Assembly: GCF_046119375.1 (NCBI RefSeq)
Contig: NW_027362762.1
Span: forward strand, 130,758,001-130,822,000
Origin: Phyllobates terribilis
Taxonomy: Eukaryota
Length of the DNA: 64,000 nt
Direction of reading: 5' to 3'
In this document: one piece after another, positions 50,392 through 62,678 of the stretch
How the letters are laid out: every line of letters starts with the position of its first letter
How positions within the stretch are numbered: the first letter of the stretch is position 1
Notes under the pieces: generated by a model
What the model was told of the DNA's origin: nothing
Seen by the model: only the letters and a program-made list of their open reading frames with translations
Database searches by the model: none
Position numbers and translations under genes: made by a program

Positions 50392-51386
50392 CTATACAAG
50401 GGGGCGGTCCTTGTAAGGAAGCGGGTGGCTCTCAGGGAAGACGGGCAGGTAGTCACGGCAAGTGACAGGGACAGTCTCTGGGCAGAAGGGCAGGTAGTCA
50501 CGGCAAGTGACAGGGACAGTCTCTGGGTAGAAGGGCAGGTAGTCACGGCAAGTGACAGGGACAGTCTCTGAGTAGAAGGACGGGTACTCACGACAAGTGA
50601 CAGGGACAGTCTCTGGGTAGAAGGACAGCAGGCAGGTGGCTGGTGAGCGCTCCCAGATGAGCGGGCGAGAGTCTTTGGACAGGCAGGTGGTCACGGCAAG
50701 TGACGGCAGAGCCTCCAGGTAGGCTAGCAGGCATGTAGCAGGTGAGCGCTCCCAGGTGAGCAGGCAAGAGTCTCTGGACAGGCAGGTGGTCACGGCAAGT
50801 GACGGCAGAGCCTCCAGGTAGGCTAGCAGACAGGTAGCAGGTGAGCACTCCCAGGTGAGCAGGCAAGAGTCTCTGGACAGGCAGGTGGTCACGGCAAGTG
50901 ACGGCGGAGCCTCCAGGTAGGCTAGCAGGCAGGTAGCAGATGAGCGCTCCCAGGTGAGCGGGCAGACTGGTCCATAGACAGACTGACAGGTGTCGGAAGG
51001 CAGACCGTCGGACCGCAGGCTTGCAAGCAGGTAAACGGATATCAGGCAGGTATCAAGCAGGAATCTGGCAGGTGACTGGCAGGTAACAGGCAACGGGACC
51101 TGAGGGCTGAAGCAGAGTGAAGGCTTTGCAACAACATTGCTCGGGCACCTCCATTTTGGAGGAGGTGCCTTATATATGGTGAAGTCCTCCGGCCATTGGC
51201 CGGGGACTCCTTAGGACGGCGCGCGTGGCCCCTTTAAGAGAGGGGGAGCGCGCGCGCGCCCTAAGCACCGTGGCCGGGAAGCAGCGCGCGCTGCCAGCCG
51301 GGCGGGAGGAAGACGCCGGGCATGGAGCGGAGAGGTGAGGGGAACAGCGTCCCTGCCTAGCAGGAGGCAGGGACGCCGACGCTACA
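50392..51386 (-). repeat. Element C 5' LTR; U5 end, PBS and ~600 bp of gag deleted
   Basis: Junction gacagaccct|atacaagggg (CT microhomology) fuses mid-gag to the LTR. Confidence 0.9.
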
Positions 51387-51676
51387 AAAATATAGGACAT
51401 TGGGGATGAACATCGCTATTTTTCCCCCGTATTGTGTAAATCGTCTGCAAAAAATATTGATTTTGTATCTAACTTTGAAATTGCACTCCCTGTTAAGACA
51501 CATCCCTAAAGTACACCACTTTTTTACTTTTGCTGGCATTTTTTAGTGAAAAAGGTAACAATTCTAGTAGAAATGGTCATCAGATCTTGTTACCTAACTC
51601 ATCGGTGGGGGACTGGGGGGGGGGTGCATGAGGGGTCCTGTTACCTTAGTCTCTGACCCATTCCTTTGGTTTGGGT

Positions 51677-51734
51677 GGGGGGGCGCCTTTGGCTTCATCT
51701 GCCTAGGGCACCAAAATACATTGTCCCGGCCCTG
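51677..51734. mobile_element. Isolated hAT (Tip100-like) right terminus
   Basis: ggggcgcc...gcctagggcacc...ccggccctg resembles the right end of the hAT at 59730-59784. Partner end not found. Confidence 0.45.
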
Positions 51735-51819
51735 CAATGACTTTTGCATAGGCCTATTAGATGTGTTAATACAAAAAATAAGGTCTGAGTCAGTCTATTG
51801 CTGCTAATGTTCATGTAAA

Positions 51820-53150
51820 TGTAGCACCCCGAGGACTCGGCTGCTACAGGGGTATTGCACCTCGAACCAGAGGTGTGATATTCCACTCCCGGGTAAGGAT
51901 GGAGTGTGGACCGGGGCTCAGTAGGCTGCATGCACCACACACACCCCATTTCCGAGGAACAGACCAACGGTGCTCCCACTAGACAGAGTGCAGGCACGAC
52001 AGCTTCTGTTCCTGGCTGGAATGGGGAGGGGGAGGAAAACCCAGTGGTGTAGGAGCAGATAGGGGTGGGTTTCTGGGCATAGGTAGGAGCCCATTGGTTG
52101 CTAGTCACCTGGGCTCGGGTGTCAGAAGGAGGTATAAAAGGTGGGCACCATCTTAGGACAGGGTTCAGTTCAGGCAGGAGGAGAAGAGGAGAGGAGCTCA
52201 GCCAGAGAGGGCTGACAGGGAGCTGTGGCTCAGTCTGGGCCCAGCTCCAGAGCCAGGCCTGGAGTAGAGGCCTGAGACAGCAGAGAGGGAGAGAAGAGAA
52301 GGAACAGCAAGGAGAGTAAGAAAGGAACTGAAACAGAGGAGAAAGGAGGCGAGGAACACAGAGAAAGGCCCAGAGACACGAAGGCAGAAGGAACCCCATA
52401 TTCCCAGAGGAGATACTGGGTGAAGGGTTGGCAGAATAGGGTACCGGAACCCAAATTGGTGGAGGCGACTAATCCTCAGCCAAAACCGGAGGTTATGACC
52501 ACATCTTGGTGCGACCCCTCACTACATCCACCAGAAAGGCATACCGCATAGGGTCAGGGAAACCGGGAGAGGTTTCGCCAACAGAAGGCCCGAGGAAGCT
52601 GGACAAAGGTGGGTCACTGGTGGGGACGGCCAGTAGAAAGGAAGAGAGGGGAGCTCTGAACCACGCTCTGGAATTGCCTGGGAGTTGACCGAGTCCCTCA
52701 CCTGGTGGACGCAGCACGGCTCGGGCGGTCACTGCTGGCCGAAGTGATCTGAACAACAACAGTGAGTAAAGCTTTGGAAACTGCACCACACGTCTCTGTG
52801 ATTCCTTGCCGCTCCAGCACCACTAGCACTGGGACCCTCACACCATCACTACCACCATCATCCACATTAGCTGCCCTGAGGCAATACTTCTCCCGTGGGG
52901 AGTCATCCCATACTCAGCTGCGCAAACAACATCAGCCTCAGCGGTCTGCAGCGCAGCGGCGGTCCCCACTGACCGCAATCCACGGGTGGCGTAGTCGGAC
53001 ACTTATTACCATACAAATAGACTGCCACTGGTTTGACCACCCTGGGCACGGACCGGGTCACCGCCACGGAGAACTACAACTCCCAGCGATCCGGCTCCGG
53101 GTATTCCCCCTGCACAGCAGCAGCAGCGCACAGGCCCAGGGGGCGCGTCA
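51820..53150 (+). mobile_element. Solo LTR (1331 bp), probably Gypsy
   Basis: TGTAGCACCCC...GGGGGCGCGTCA with 4-bp TSD TAAA. TATAAAA at ~52133 and AGTAAA at ~52765. Confidence 0.8.
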
Positions 53151-53907
53151 TAAACATCCTGTAAGAGCAGGAAGTCTAGAATAACCCCAGCCGTCAGTGA
53201 GAAAATCGCAAGATTTTTTTTTTTAATACAGCTGTCATATCAAAAAGTATATATATTGCAAAAAATGTAAAAAGAAATACAGTTAACTTAAACTGATCTC
53301 GTCATTTCATTTTCTGATGACACATTCCCTTTAAAGGGTAAAATGAGGTAATGAAAAAAAGAGTAATGCAAACTGTAAACATGGGAATAAAATAAGGATC
53401 CATAACCACAAATTACTCAGACGTAAAAAATATATATACAGTACAGACCAAAAGTTTGGACACACCTTCTCATTTAAAGATTTTTCTGTATTTTCATGAC
53501 TTTGAAAATTGTACATTCACACTGAAGGCATCAAAACTATGAATTAACACATGTGGAATTATATACTTAACAAAAAAGTGTGAAACAACTGAAAAGATGT
53601 CTTATATTCTAGGTTCTTCAAAGTAGCCACCTTTTGCTTTGATGACTGCTTTGCACACTCTTGGCATTCTCTTGATGAGCTTCAAGAGGTAGTCACCGGA
53701 AATGGTTTTCACTTCACAGGTGTGCCCTGTCAGGTTTAATAAGTGGGATTTATTGCCTTATAAATGGGTTTGGGACCATCAGTTGTGTTGTGCAGAATTC
53801 AGGTGGATACTCAGCTGATAGTCCTACTGAATAGACTGTTAGAATTTGTATTATGGCAAGAAAAAAGCAGCTAAGTAAAGAAAAACGAGTGGCCATCATT
53901 ACTTTAA

Positions 53908-55177
53908 CCCTTTCGCAACCTTGAGTTTTGTCGTTTTTGCTTTTTCGTTTTTTGCTCCCCTTGTTCCCAGAGCCATAGCGTTTTTATTGTTTGGTCAATA
54001 TGGCCATGTGAGGGCTTATTTTTTGCGGGACGAGTTGTACTTTTCAACGCCATTACTAGTTTTACCATATGATGTACGGGAAAACGGGAAAAAAATTCCA
54101 AGTGCGGTAAAATTGCAAAAAAGTGCAATACCATAGTTGTTTTTTATTTATTTTTTTTACCACGTTCACTGAATGCTAAAACTGACCTGCCATTCTTATT
54201 CTACAGGTCATTACGAGTTCATAGACACCAAACATGTATAGGTTCTTTTATATTTAAGTGGTGAAAAAAAATTCCAAAATTTGGTAAAAAAGATAGCGCC
54301 ATTTTCCGAGACCTGTAGTGTCTCCATTTTTCGTGATCTGGGGCTGGGTGAGGGCTTATTTTTTGCGCGCCGGGCTGACGTTTTTATTGATAACATTTTG
54401 GTGTAGATCCGATGTTTTGATCGCCCTTTATTGCTTTTTATTGAAATTTTGTGGCGACCAAAAAACGTAATTCTGGCGTTTAGAATTTTTTTCTCGTTAC
54501 GCCGTTTACCGATTGGATTAATTCTTTTTTTATATTGATAGATCGGGCGATTCTGAACGCGGCGATACAAAATATGTGTATGTGGGGTTTATTTTTTATT
54601 ATTTTATTTTGAATGGGGCGAAAGGGGGGTGATTTAAACTTTTATATTTTTTTAATTTTTTTTATTTTTTTTAAAAAAATTTTTTTTCACTTACTGCATG
54701 CTTCAATAGTCTCCATAGGAGACTAGAAGCAGCAGTTGTCTGTTCGGCTCTGCTACATACAGGGGACCAGCAGATCCCCTGCATATAGCAGAATTGGTCC
54801 TGTGCTATGAGCGCCGACCACTAGGTGGCGCTCATAGCGACCAGATCATGACAACCACAGGCGTCTGCTGCAGACCCTGGGTTGTCATGCACGCCCATCG
54901 GCGACCCGCGATCACGTGACGGGGTCGCCGGAGGGCGGGGTGTAGGACGCGCTTCCAGGAAGCGCGCGTTAAATGCCGCTGTCGGAGATTGACAGCGGCA
55001 TTTAACAGGTTAACAGCCGCGGGTGGATCACGATTCCACCCGCGGCTGTTGCGGGCACATGTCAGCTGTAAGAATCAGCTGACATGTGCTCCGTTCAGTG
55101 AGGGCTCAGCGCAGCAGCCCTCACTGAACGGGCAGTACGCAAATGTGCGTACTAATACGGCATGGGCTCTAAAGAGG
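53908..55177. mobile_element. Non-autonomous piggyBac-type element (1270 bp)
   Basis: TTAA duplicated (53904-53907 and 55178-55181), CCCTTT...AAAGAGG ends, several short palindromes in the 3' part, no transposase. Confidence 0.85.
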
Positions 55178-56093
55178 TTAAGAAATGAAGGTCAGTCAGT
55201 CCGAAAAAGTGGGCAAACTTTGAATGTATCCCCAAGTGCAGTTGCAAAAACCATCAAGCGCTACAAAGAAACTGGCTCACATGAGGACCGCCCCAGGAAA
55301 GGAAGACCAAGAGTCACCTCTGCTTCTGAGGATAAGTTTATCCAAGTCACCAGCCTCATATATCGCAGGTTAACAGCAGCTCAGATTAGAGACCAGGTCA
55401 ATGCCACACAGATTTCTAGCAGCAGACACATCTCTACAACAACTGTTAAGAGGAGACTTTGTGCAGCAGGCCTTCATGGTAAAATAGCTGCTAGGAAACC
55501 ACTGCTAAGGACAGGCAACAAGCAGAAGAGACTTGTTTGGGCTAAAGAACGCAAGGAATGGACATTAGACCAGTGGAAATCTGTGCTTTGGTCGGATGAG
55601 TCCAAATTTGAGATGTTTGGTTGCAACCACCGTGTCTTTGTGCGATGCAGAAAAGGTGAATGGATGGACTCTACATGCCTGGTTCCCACCGTGAAGCATG
55701 GAGGAGGAGGTGTGATAGTGTGGGGGTCCTTTGCTGGTGACACTGTTGGGGATTTATTCAAAATTGAAAGCATACTGAACCAGCATAGCTACCACAGCAT
55801 CTTGCAGCGGCATGCTATTCCATCCAGTTTGCCTTTAGTTGGACCATCATTTATTTTTCAACAGGACAATGATCCCAAACACACCTCCAGGCTGTGTAAG
55901 GGCTATTTGACCAAGAAGGAGAGTGATGGGGTGCTACGCCAGATGACCTGGCCTCCACAGTCACCAGACCTGAACCCAATCGAGATGGTTTGGGGTGAGC
56001 TGGACCGCAGAGTGAAGGCAAAAGGGCCATCAAGTGCTAAGCATCTCTGGGGACTCCTTCAAGATTGTTGGAAGACCATTTCCGGTGACTACC

Positions 56094-59000
56094 CAGGGCC
56101 GGCCCGAACGTATAGGCGAACTAGGCGGCCGCCTAGGGTGCCGACCCTAAGGGGGCGCCAGAGAAAAAATAGAAAAAATTATAAAAAATCTTTTCAAAAG
56201 GCAAAAAGTTTTAGGGATGGAAAGAAAAGTGTACATAAATTTTTTTACCATAAATTTAAAAGAAAAACCGTTGAGCTTCAATTTACGCACGGAAAGGAGG
56301 CGCTAAACTACGGACGTGAGTCGTTTGCATCGTCTGCTGACAGGTGTTTGATCCCGCGCATTTATTTTGCTCCTAAGTTTTCAAATGTTGGCAAAGCAAA
56401 CAACCAAAAATGCACACACTACACTAAGGGGGCGCCCGAGAGAAAAAAATACGTATACTTAAAAGGTAGGTGTACCATATGGCCTATTTATACGTAGTTT
56501 GGACTTTAGGTACTAGGTACTAGGTACTAGTTGGCGATTATATTGATAGATGTCATCAGCAGTCGATGCGGCTAGTGGGAGGAGTCTGTTTTGACGCATT
56601 GGCGTAGACTGCCTGGACTGCCAGTCAGGCCAGCTAAGGCAAGGGAGATAGTATCTACGTTTTTTGCATATCGGCGAGCGCGATTATAATATTTTCGAGG
56701 TATGTCTCTACTGTTTGCATGCTTTATCATGTGAGCCATTGCTGTTATTTTGTATATTCATTAGATTCATTGTTCCATGAGGTTTCATGAATGCAAATAG
56801 AAAATAGGAGGTTTTTAGTAAATTTTAGGCCTAGGTTCTAAAGTGTTAGGCGCTGCGAGGTAGGTATATTGTTTTGATTTTCAAAAATATTGGAAACATT
56901 GGAAATTGTTAAAGAAATTTGTGGTTTTTGTCTTAAAAGTAAAATCATATTATATAATGTTCAGATAACAATTTTAATCGGCGCGTTAACTTTTAGGTAA
57001 ATGCTGTGTGTTGTAACGAGTCATGGCTGATAAGAAGAAAAAACTTTCGGGGTTTCAGAACCGTAAAAGAAAAGCTGAGGAGGAAAAATCACTTTAAAAA
57101 ATCAAAGGGTCATTTTTAAAATATCTAAGCAATAGAAATGAAGACGCGGAATTCCAAACGTTGGAACAACAGGCTTCTGTTGCCTCGGAAATATCGAATG
57201 TGGAAATAGAATTTGTTTCTCATGCTGAAAATAGTGAACTACAACCATCAATATCTGGTGGTAGATCTGATCAAAGTACCAGTACTGACATGGAGGCTGG
57301 TACATCTATAGAAATACTACGCAAAGACTATTCGGACGATCCCGTTACGTGGACCGTAATCAATGATGACTTACGCCTAGATGTAGTAAAACTCGGCCCC
57401 ACACAAGTTAAAGATTTCGATTTTCCTTTGGACACTAATCGTAGAAAATTTTCTTGTGTTCACTATAAACGTCGTCTTGTCAATGGTGAAAGTCTTGAAC
57501 GCAATTGGCTAACGTATTCTATTCAGAAAAATTCAGTTTTTTGTTTTTGCTGCACGTTGTTTCCAGACTCATCACTTCAACTAGGAATCATCAAACGCTC
57601 AGCCTTAGGTACTGATGGTGTAAATGACTGGAAAAACATATCTGCTATTTTAGCCAGCCACGAAAAAAGCAAAGATCACATGATTAGCTTTCAAAAATGG
57701 AAGGAACTCGAAAATAGACTTAAGATGAACAAGACCATTGACGAAGAACACTTACGCAAAATTGAAGAGCAAGAAAAATACTGGCATCAAATTTTAGAAA
57801 GGTTGATAGCTCTAGTGAGGGTACTAGGTACGCAAAACTTAGCATTCCGTGGATCAAATGATGCATTGTTTGCATCTAATAATGGGAACTTTTTGAAATT
57901 TGTGGAGTATTTGGCTATGTTCGATCCCGTCATGTGTGAGCACATTCGGAAAATCCGGGACAAAGAGATTCATGCACATTATTTGGGAAAAACAATACAG
58001 AATGAGATGATTCAACTGCTAAGTAATGGTATTCAGGAAAAGATTCTTGACGATGTCAAAACTGCAAAATACTTTTCTGTAGTGCTGGATTGTACTTCTG
58101 ACGTGTCTCATGTTGAACAAATGACTATCATTGTTCAGTTTGTTTCCACATCAGAAGACAAAAAGTTTGAAATTAAAGAGCACTTCTTGGGATTCATTCC
58201 TGTTTCTGATACAACTGGAGGTGGTTTGACAGCCGCTGTCTTGAACAAATTTGAAGAACTGTCGCTCTCTGTGGACAACTTACGAGGGCAATGCTACGAC
58301 AATGGGAGCAACATGAAGGGAAAAAACATTGGACTACAAAGACGAATTTTGGACATAAACCCACGTGCATTCTTTGTGCCTTGCAGCTCCCATTCTCTAA
58401 ACTTAGTCGTCAACGATGCCGCTAAATGTTGTTTTGGAGCGACAACTTTTTTCCTGTTAGTTCAAAATCTCTACGTATTTTTCTCTTCGTCAACTCAGCG
58501 TTGGGAAGTACTCGTGCGTCATTTGCCATCTCTGACACTAAAACCTCTAAGCGAAACAAGGTGGGAAAGTAGAATTGATGCTCTGGCCCCCCTCCGTTAC
58601 CAATTGAGCGAAGTCCATGATGCCCTAATGGACATAGCAGAAAATATTAGTCTCACAGGAAGCTCTGGAAATGTCTCCCGGCTAGAAGCTCAAGGTCTTT
58701 CTAAACAAGTTGGAACCTTTTGTTTTGTTACATCTGTTCTAGTATGGTTCAACATTTTGTACGAAATCAATTTGACAAGTAAGTTACTTCAGTCACAAGA
58801 ATTCGATTTAGCTGCTGCTTCTCAACACCTTGACAAAACAAAGAAATGTCTGCAATCATTAAGAAGCGATGAAGAGTTTGAGAAGCTGTTAGTTGATGCG
58901 AGGAAATCGCAGAAGAGCTTGGCATACCAGCTAATTTTGAGTCAAGTTCTGCGCCAAAACGTTTAAAGAAAAAAAACAGAGTTCTCTTATGAAGGGAAAG

Positions 59001-59784
59001 ATGAACCCATAAGAGATGAGAAACAGAGTTTCAAAATTAACTTTTACTTTGCGATCTTAGATACTGCTATAAATTCAGTTGAAAAAATGGAATTGAAATT
59101 TTGATTTTTGTACCACATCTGTTCACTTGAGGGAAAACCAAGCAAATTTGTTCTAGATAAGTGTAAAGCTCTGGAAAAGTGTCTTACACACAACAAAGTA
59201 AAAGACATCGATGCCATAGAGCTATGTGGTGAACTGCAGGCAAAGTCAAGACGTGTTCCAGAAGATTCATCACCAAAAGACGTTCTTGAACTTTTGCTTA
59301 AATCTGACTTGAAAGAAAGTGTCCCCAACCTGGTGGTGACTCTAAGAATTCTTTTAACTCTGCCTGTGTCCGTGGCCTCAGGAGAGAGAAGCTTCTCAAA
59401 ACTAAAGCTAATTAAAACATATTTAAGGGCAAATATGACGCAAGAGAGGTTGGTTGGGTTGGCAACAATTTCGATAGAATCTGAAGTTGCTAAACAAATT
59501 AATCTCGGTGACTTAGTGTTATCCTTTTCAAAAAAAAGGCAAGGAAACAAAAATTTTAATTACCTATGGTCGTTTTTGTTTTGTGTTATTGATTACTTTG
59601 TATATATTTGTCCTATACAACTTCTCAGAAGATTAAAGAGTTAGGAGAGAGTTAAGTAATCATTGTTGTTGTGGTTTATTTTGCTCCTAAATTTATATCC
59701 CAAGTTTTCATCTACTGCCAAGAATAGTAGGGGCGCAACAAAATAGTTTCGCCTAGGGCGCCGTAATCTCTCAGGCCGGCCCTG
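56094..59784 (+). mobile_element. Full-length hAT transposon, Tip100-like clade (3691 bp)
   Basis: TIRs CAGGGCCGGCC and a perfect 8-bp TSD TGACTACC (56086-56093 and 59785-59792). Confidence 0.95.
57023..59559 (+). pseudogene. hAT transposase (ZMYM1/DUF4371-like with C-terminal dimerization domain), disrupted
   Basis: ATG at 57023, in-frame TAA at 57095, CFCC motif, YFSVVLDCTSDVSHVEQ, CSSHSLNLVV, LSETRWESR, SVASGERSFSKL. Frameshifts and a stop at ~58900-59100. Confidence 0.9.
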
Positions 59785-60038
59785 TGACTACCTCTTGAAG
59801 CTCATCAAGAGAATGCCAAGAGTGTGCAAAGCAGTCATCAAAGCAAAAGGTGGCTACTTTGAAGAACCTAGAATATAAGACATATTTTCAGTTGTTTCAC
59901 ACTTTTTTGTTAAGTATATAATTCCACATGTGTTAATTCATAGTTTTGATGCCTTCAGTGTGAATGTACAATTTTCAAAGTCATGAAAATACAGAAAAAT
60001 CTTTAAATGAGAAGGTGTGTCCAAACTTTTGGTCTGTA

Positions 60039-60041
<3 letters not shown>

Positions 60042-60093
<52 letters not shown>
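60042..60093. repeat. (TA)n microsatellite at the Tc1 target site
   Basis: Directly visible. Similar TA runs flank the Tc1-like elements at 6068-6096 and 11160. Confidence 0.95.
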
Positions 60094-60102
<9 letters not shown>

Positions 60103-60617
60103 TAGTTTTAGCAATATGTAGGAAAAGATCAAAAAAAGTGATACCGCGCACTTTAAAATTGAATGGACGGTTTTTTTTCTCGTTGATGTAAAGCCTTGAA
60201 CACTGTGCTCATATACAAGAGTTAAATGCATCTGCCTATTAGATGCCAAACTCCCTGCTGCTGTCTGGATATAAATCAACAATAAAAATCAGTACAACTA
60301 AGTCCTGGGAAGCTTTTAAGTGACAGTCTCGGAATAATCATGGGTTGAATTTAATCTGCTGACATTTACAGTTGATAAACGGAAAAAATAAAATAAAACA
60401 GGATATGGCTGCCTATGTGCTGATGGAAAGATTTGTACGTGTTTATAATAAAAATGTATGGTAGATAAGGTCACTGGATGAAGGCAGGGCTGGCACTGTA
60501 TTCCAGGCTTACCAGTCAAACTTGAAAGTTTAGAGATGAAACGGGTGAGGCTGTAGACAAAGTGAGCATTGTGGTATAAAATAATTTCTATGGTGCCTAG
60601 TAAGACCACACCTTTAA

Positions 60618-61107
60618 GGCTACGTTCCCATGGTAAGTATTTGGTGAGTTTTTGATGTTGCAGATTTTCTGCATCTATTACTTAAATTATGTTAATTGTG
60701 GTTTTTTTCACATGTATCTTTATCAGTTTTTTGTAGTTTTTTTCTCTTTTTGGTATGTCATTCATAAATAAAGGTGCATTTCTTATATTGCCTGGTATTT
60801 GCTTTGACAAAACTTTGATACGGTCATTTGCAGATTACATGCGTTTTCACCTGCAGATTTTCCACATGTAATGCAATTCTAGGAGGAAAATCTGCGCAGC
60901 CACGTTCACACATTCAGTATTTGGTCAGTATTTTTTATCAGTATTTGTAAGCCAAAACCAGGAATGGGTGAAAAATGCAGAAGTGGTGACGTGTTTATAT
61001 TATACTTTTCCTCTGATTTTTCCACTCCTGGTTTTGGCTTACAAAATTATTGAAAAACAAATACTGACGTAAAATACTGACCAAATACTGAACGTGTGAA
61101 TGTGGCC
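60618..61107. mobile_element. Harbinger-like MITEs: H3 copy (60618-~60890) followed by a 209-bp H4 MITE (60899-61107)
   Basis: H4 TIRs GCCACGTTCACAC / GTGTGAATGTGGC. H4 half-copies at ~4600-4702 and ~62165-62280. Confidence 0.65.
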
Positions 61108-61439
61108 AACTCAGCATACACACAAGAGAAATTAATATGCTGCATAAAATAAAAGCACAGTGAACATGAGATTTCTATAAATCTCATACCTTATGCTGGA
61201 ACTGTAAGTGTGTGTGCACACGTTGCGGTTTTGTTGGGGGGGTTTTGCGCAGATTTGTCACAAAATCTGTAGCATTTCCTAGCACAAGCAAAGTGAATGA
61301 GATTCCTGAAGTGTTATACACACGTTGATAATTTTTTTTCCTTGCATATTTGCAGGAAATTTAAATCTGTAGCATGTCAATTATTTCAGCTTTTTTGCTG
61401 CAGATTTCACGCATACCAATAAATGGGAATAACTCATTA

Positions 61440-62010
61440 GGGCATCTTTCACACATAAGTGTTTCAAGTACGTGTGGTGTCCGTTTCCACACGTACTTGA
61501 GACACTGACACACGTAGACCCATGCAAATGAATGGGTCTGTGCACATCTCAGTGTGTTTCAACGGACCGTGTGTCTGTGTGCTCCACATGGAGACAAGTC
61601 CATTTTTTTGCTGATAAACGGTCCGCAAAACATCCCACACTAATGAGATCCGCGTGACACGTACCGGCGCCTGGGAATCAGCGGTACAGTTAGCGCTGTT
61701 CCCAAGCCCCGGGTGCTGAACACTACCCTCATCATTGTTCCCAGCTTGCGCTGCGATCAGCACGAGCCAGGGACAATGATGAGAGTAGTATTCTGCTCGC
61801 GCTGTGTCCTGGTGTAAAAATAAAATTAAAAAATCCTTATACTTAGCTGTCCTAAGTGTCTCCCGCTGTAATCCATGCGACCGCTCACGCCAAAGAGCCG
61901 GATAGAATGCAGCGAGCAGGGCCTTGTCACTCACTGAGCGCAGCTCCGGGGCCTGCTTGCTGCAGTGCATCATTCTCCCCGGCTCCTTGGTGTGAGCGGT
62001 TGCATGAATT
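61440..62010. mobile_element. Harbinger-like MITE family H2 copy
   Basis: tta|GGGCATCTTTCACAC start; blocks shared with 14539-15120. Confidence 0.55.
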
Positions 62011-62678
62011 ACAGCTTTGATGAGCTTTTGGTGAGTTATTGATGTTGCAGATTTTCTGCACCATTTCTGCACCCATTAAGTAAAATAGCTTATTTGCATT
62101 TTTTTTTTCCGAAAATACGCAGCTTAAAAAAGATCACCAAAAACTCACTGTGGAAATTTAGCCTAAGGACACGTGCACACATTGAGTATTTGGTGAGTTT
62201 TTTACCTCAATATTTGTAAGCCAAAATCAGAACTGAAATAAATCAGAGGAAAAATATAATAGAAATACGATACCACTTCTGAACTCTCCGGACGACTAGA
62301 CGAAGGGGACACATGACTGAAGAAATGGGGGACCCTCAAACCCTGGAGTTTTTATTATCTATATTTATATTGATTGTATTAGGCTGGGTGTTTCCCCTTT
62401 TAGAAACAGGAGTCCATTTGTGTGCCATTGCTATTAAGGGGTTCTCTAAGAAATATATTTGTACAAAAATGCAGGTAATCTGGTTGGAAGAGACACAGAA
62501 AGGTATGGTATAGGTCTGAGGCCCCCTTGCCCTATTCTTTGCTTTTAGTACAATAGCAAATCTGCATTGATTAATAATCTGACTAGTTGATATGGACATG
62601 TTGATTGAAGACACAGGTTGCTAGGCAGTGTTTCTCTAACAACCTAAGACTATATTCACACATCCGTGTGAGTGTTAC

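Larger units (their letters stand above)
41045..51386 (-). mobile_element. Tandem array of Sushi/Tf1-like chromovirus element C: LTR(50392-51386)-int-LTR(46269-46796)-int-LTR(41045-42054)
   Basis: TG...CA LTR ends, one 5-bp TSD AAAAT (41040-41044 and 51387-51391), PPT before the LTRs at 42054 and 46796, 4742-bp period. Confidence 0.95.
53853..59878 (+). pseudogene. DD38E transposase in three pieces (53853-53907, 55182-56093, 59793-59878; 350 aa when joined)
   Basis: MARKKQLSKEKRVAIITL|RNEGQ...VLWSDE...FQQDNDPKH...SPDLNPIE (38 residues D to E)...TISGDY|LLKLIKRMPRVCKAVIKAKGGYFEEPRI*. Confidence 0.92.
53439..60041 (+). mobile_element. Tc1-like DD38E (Intruder-type) transposon, ~1.63 kb native, with two nested insertions
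   Basis: TA TSD and ~265-bp TIRs CAGTACAGACCAAAAGTTTGG... The right TIR overlaps the transposase 3' end. Confidence 0.95.

Noticed and set aside
57161-58966. 601-aa ORF as a domesticated ZMYM1-like host gene
   Set aside because: It is enclosed by TIRs and an 8-bp TSD inside another transposon, with an upstream stop and downstream frameshifts.
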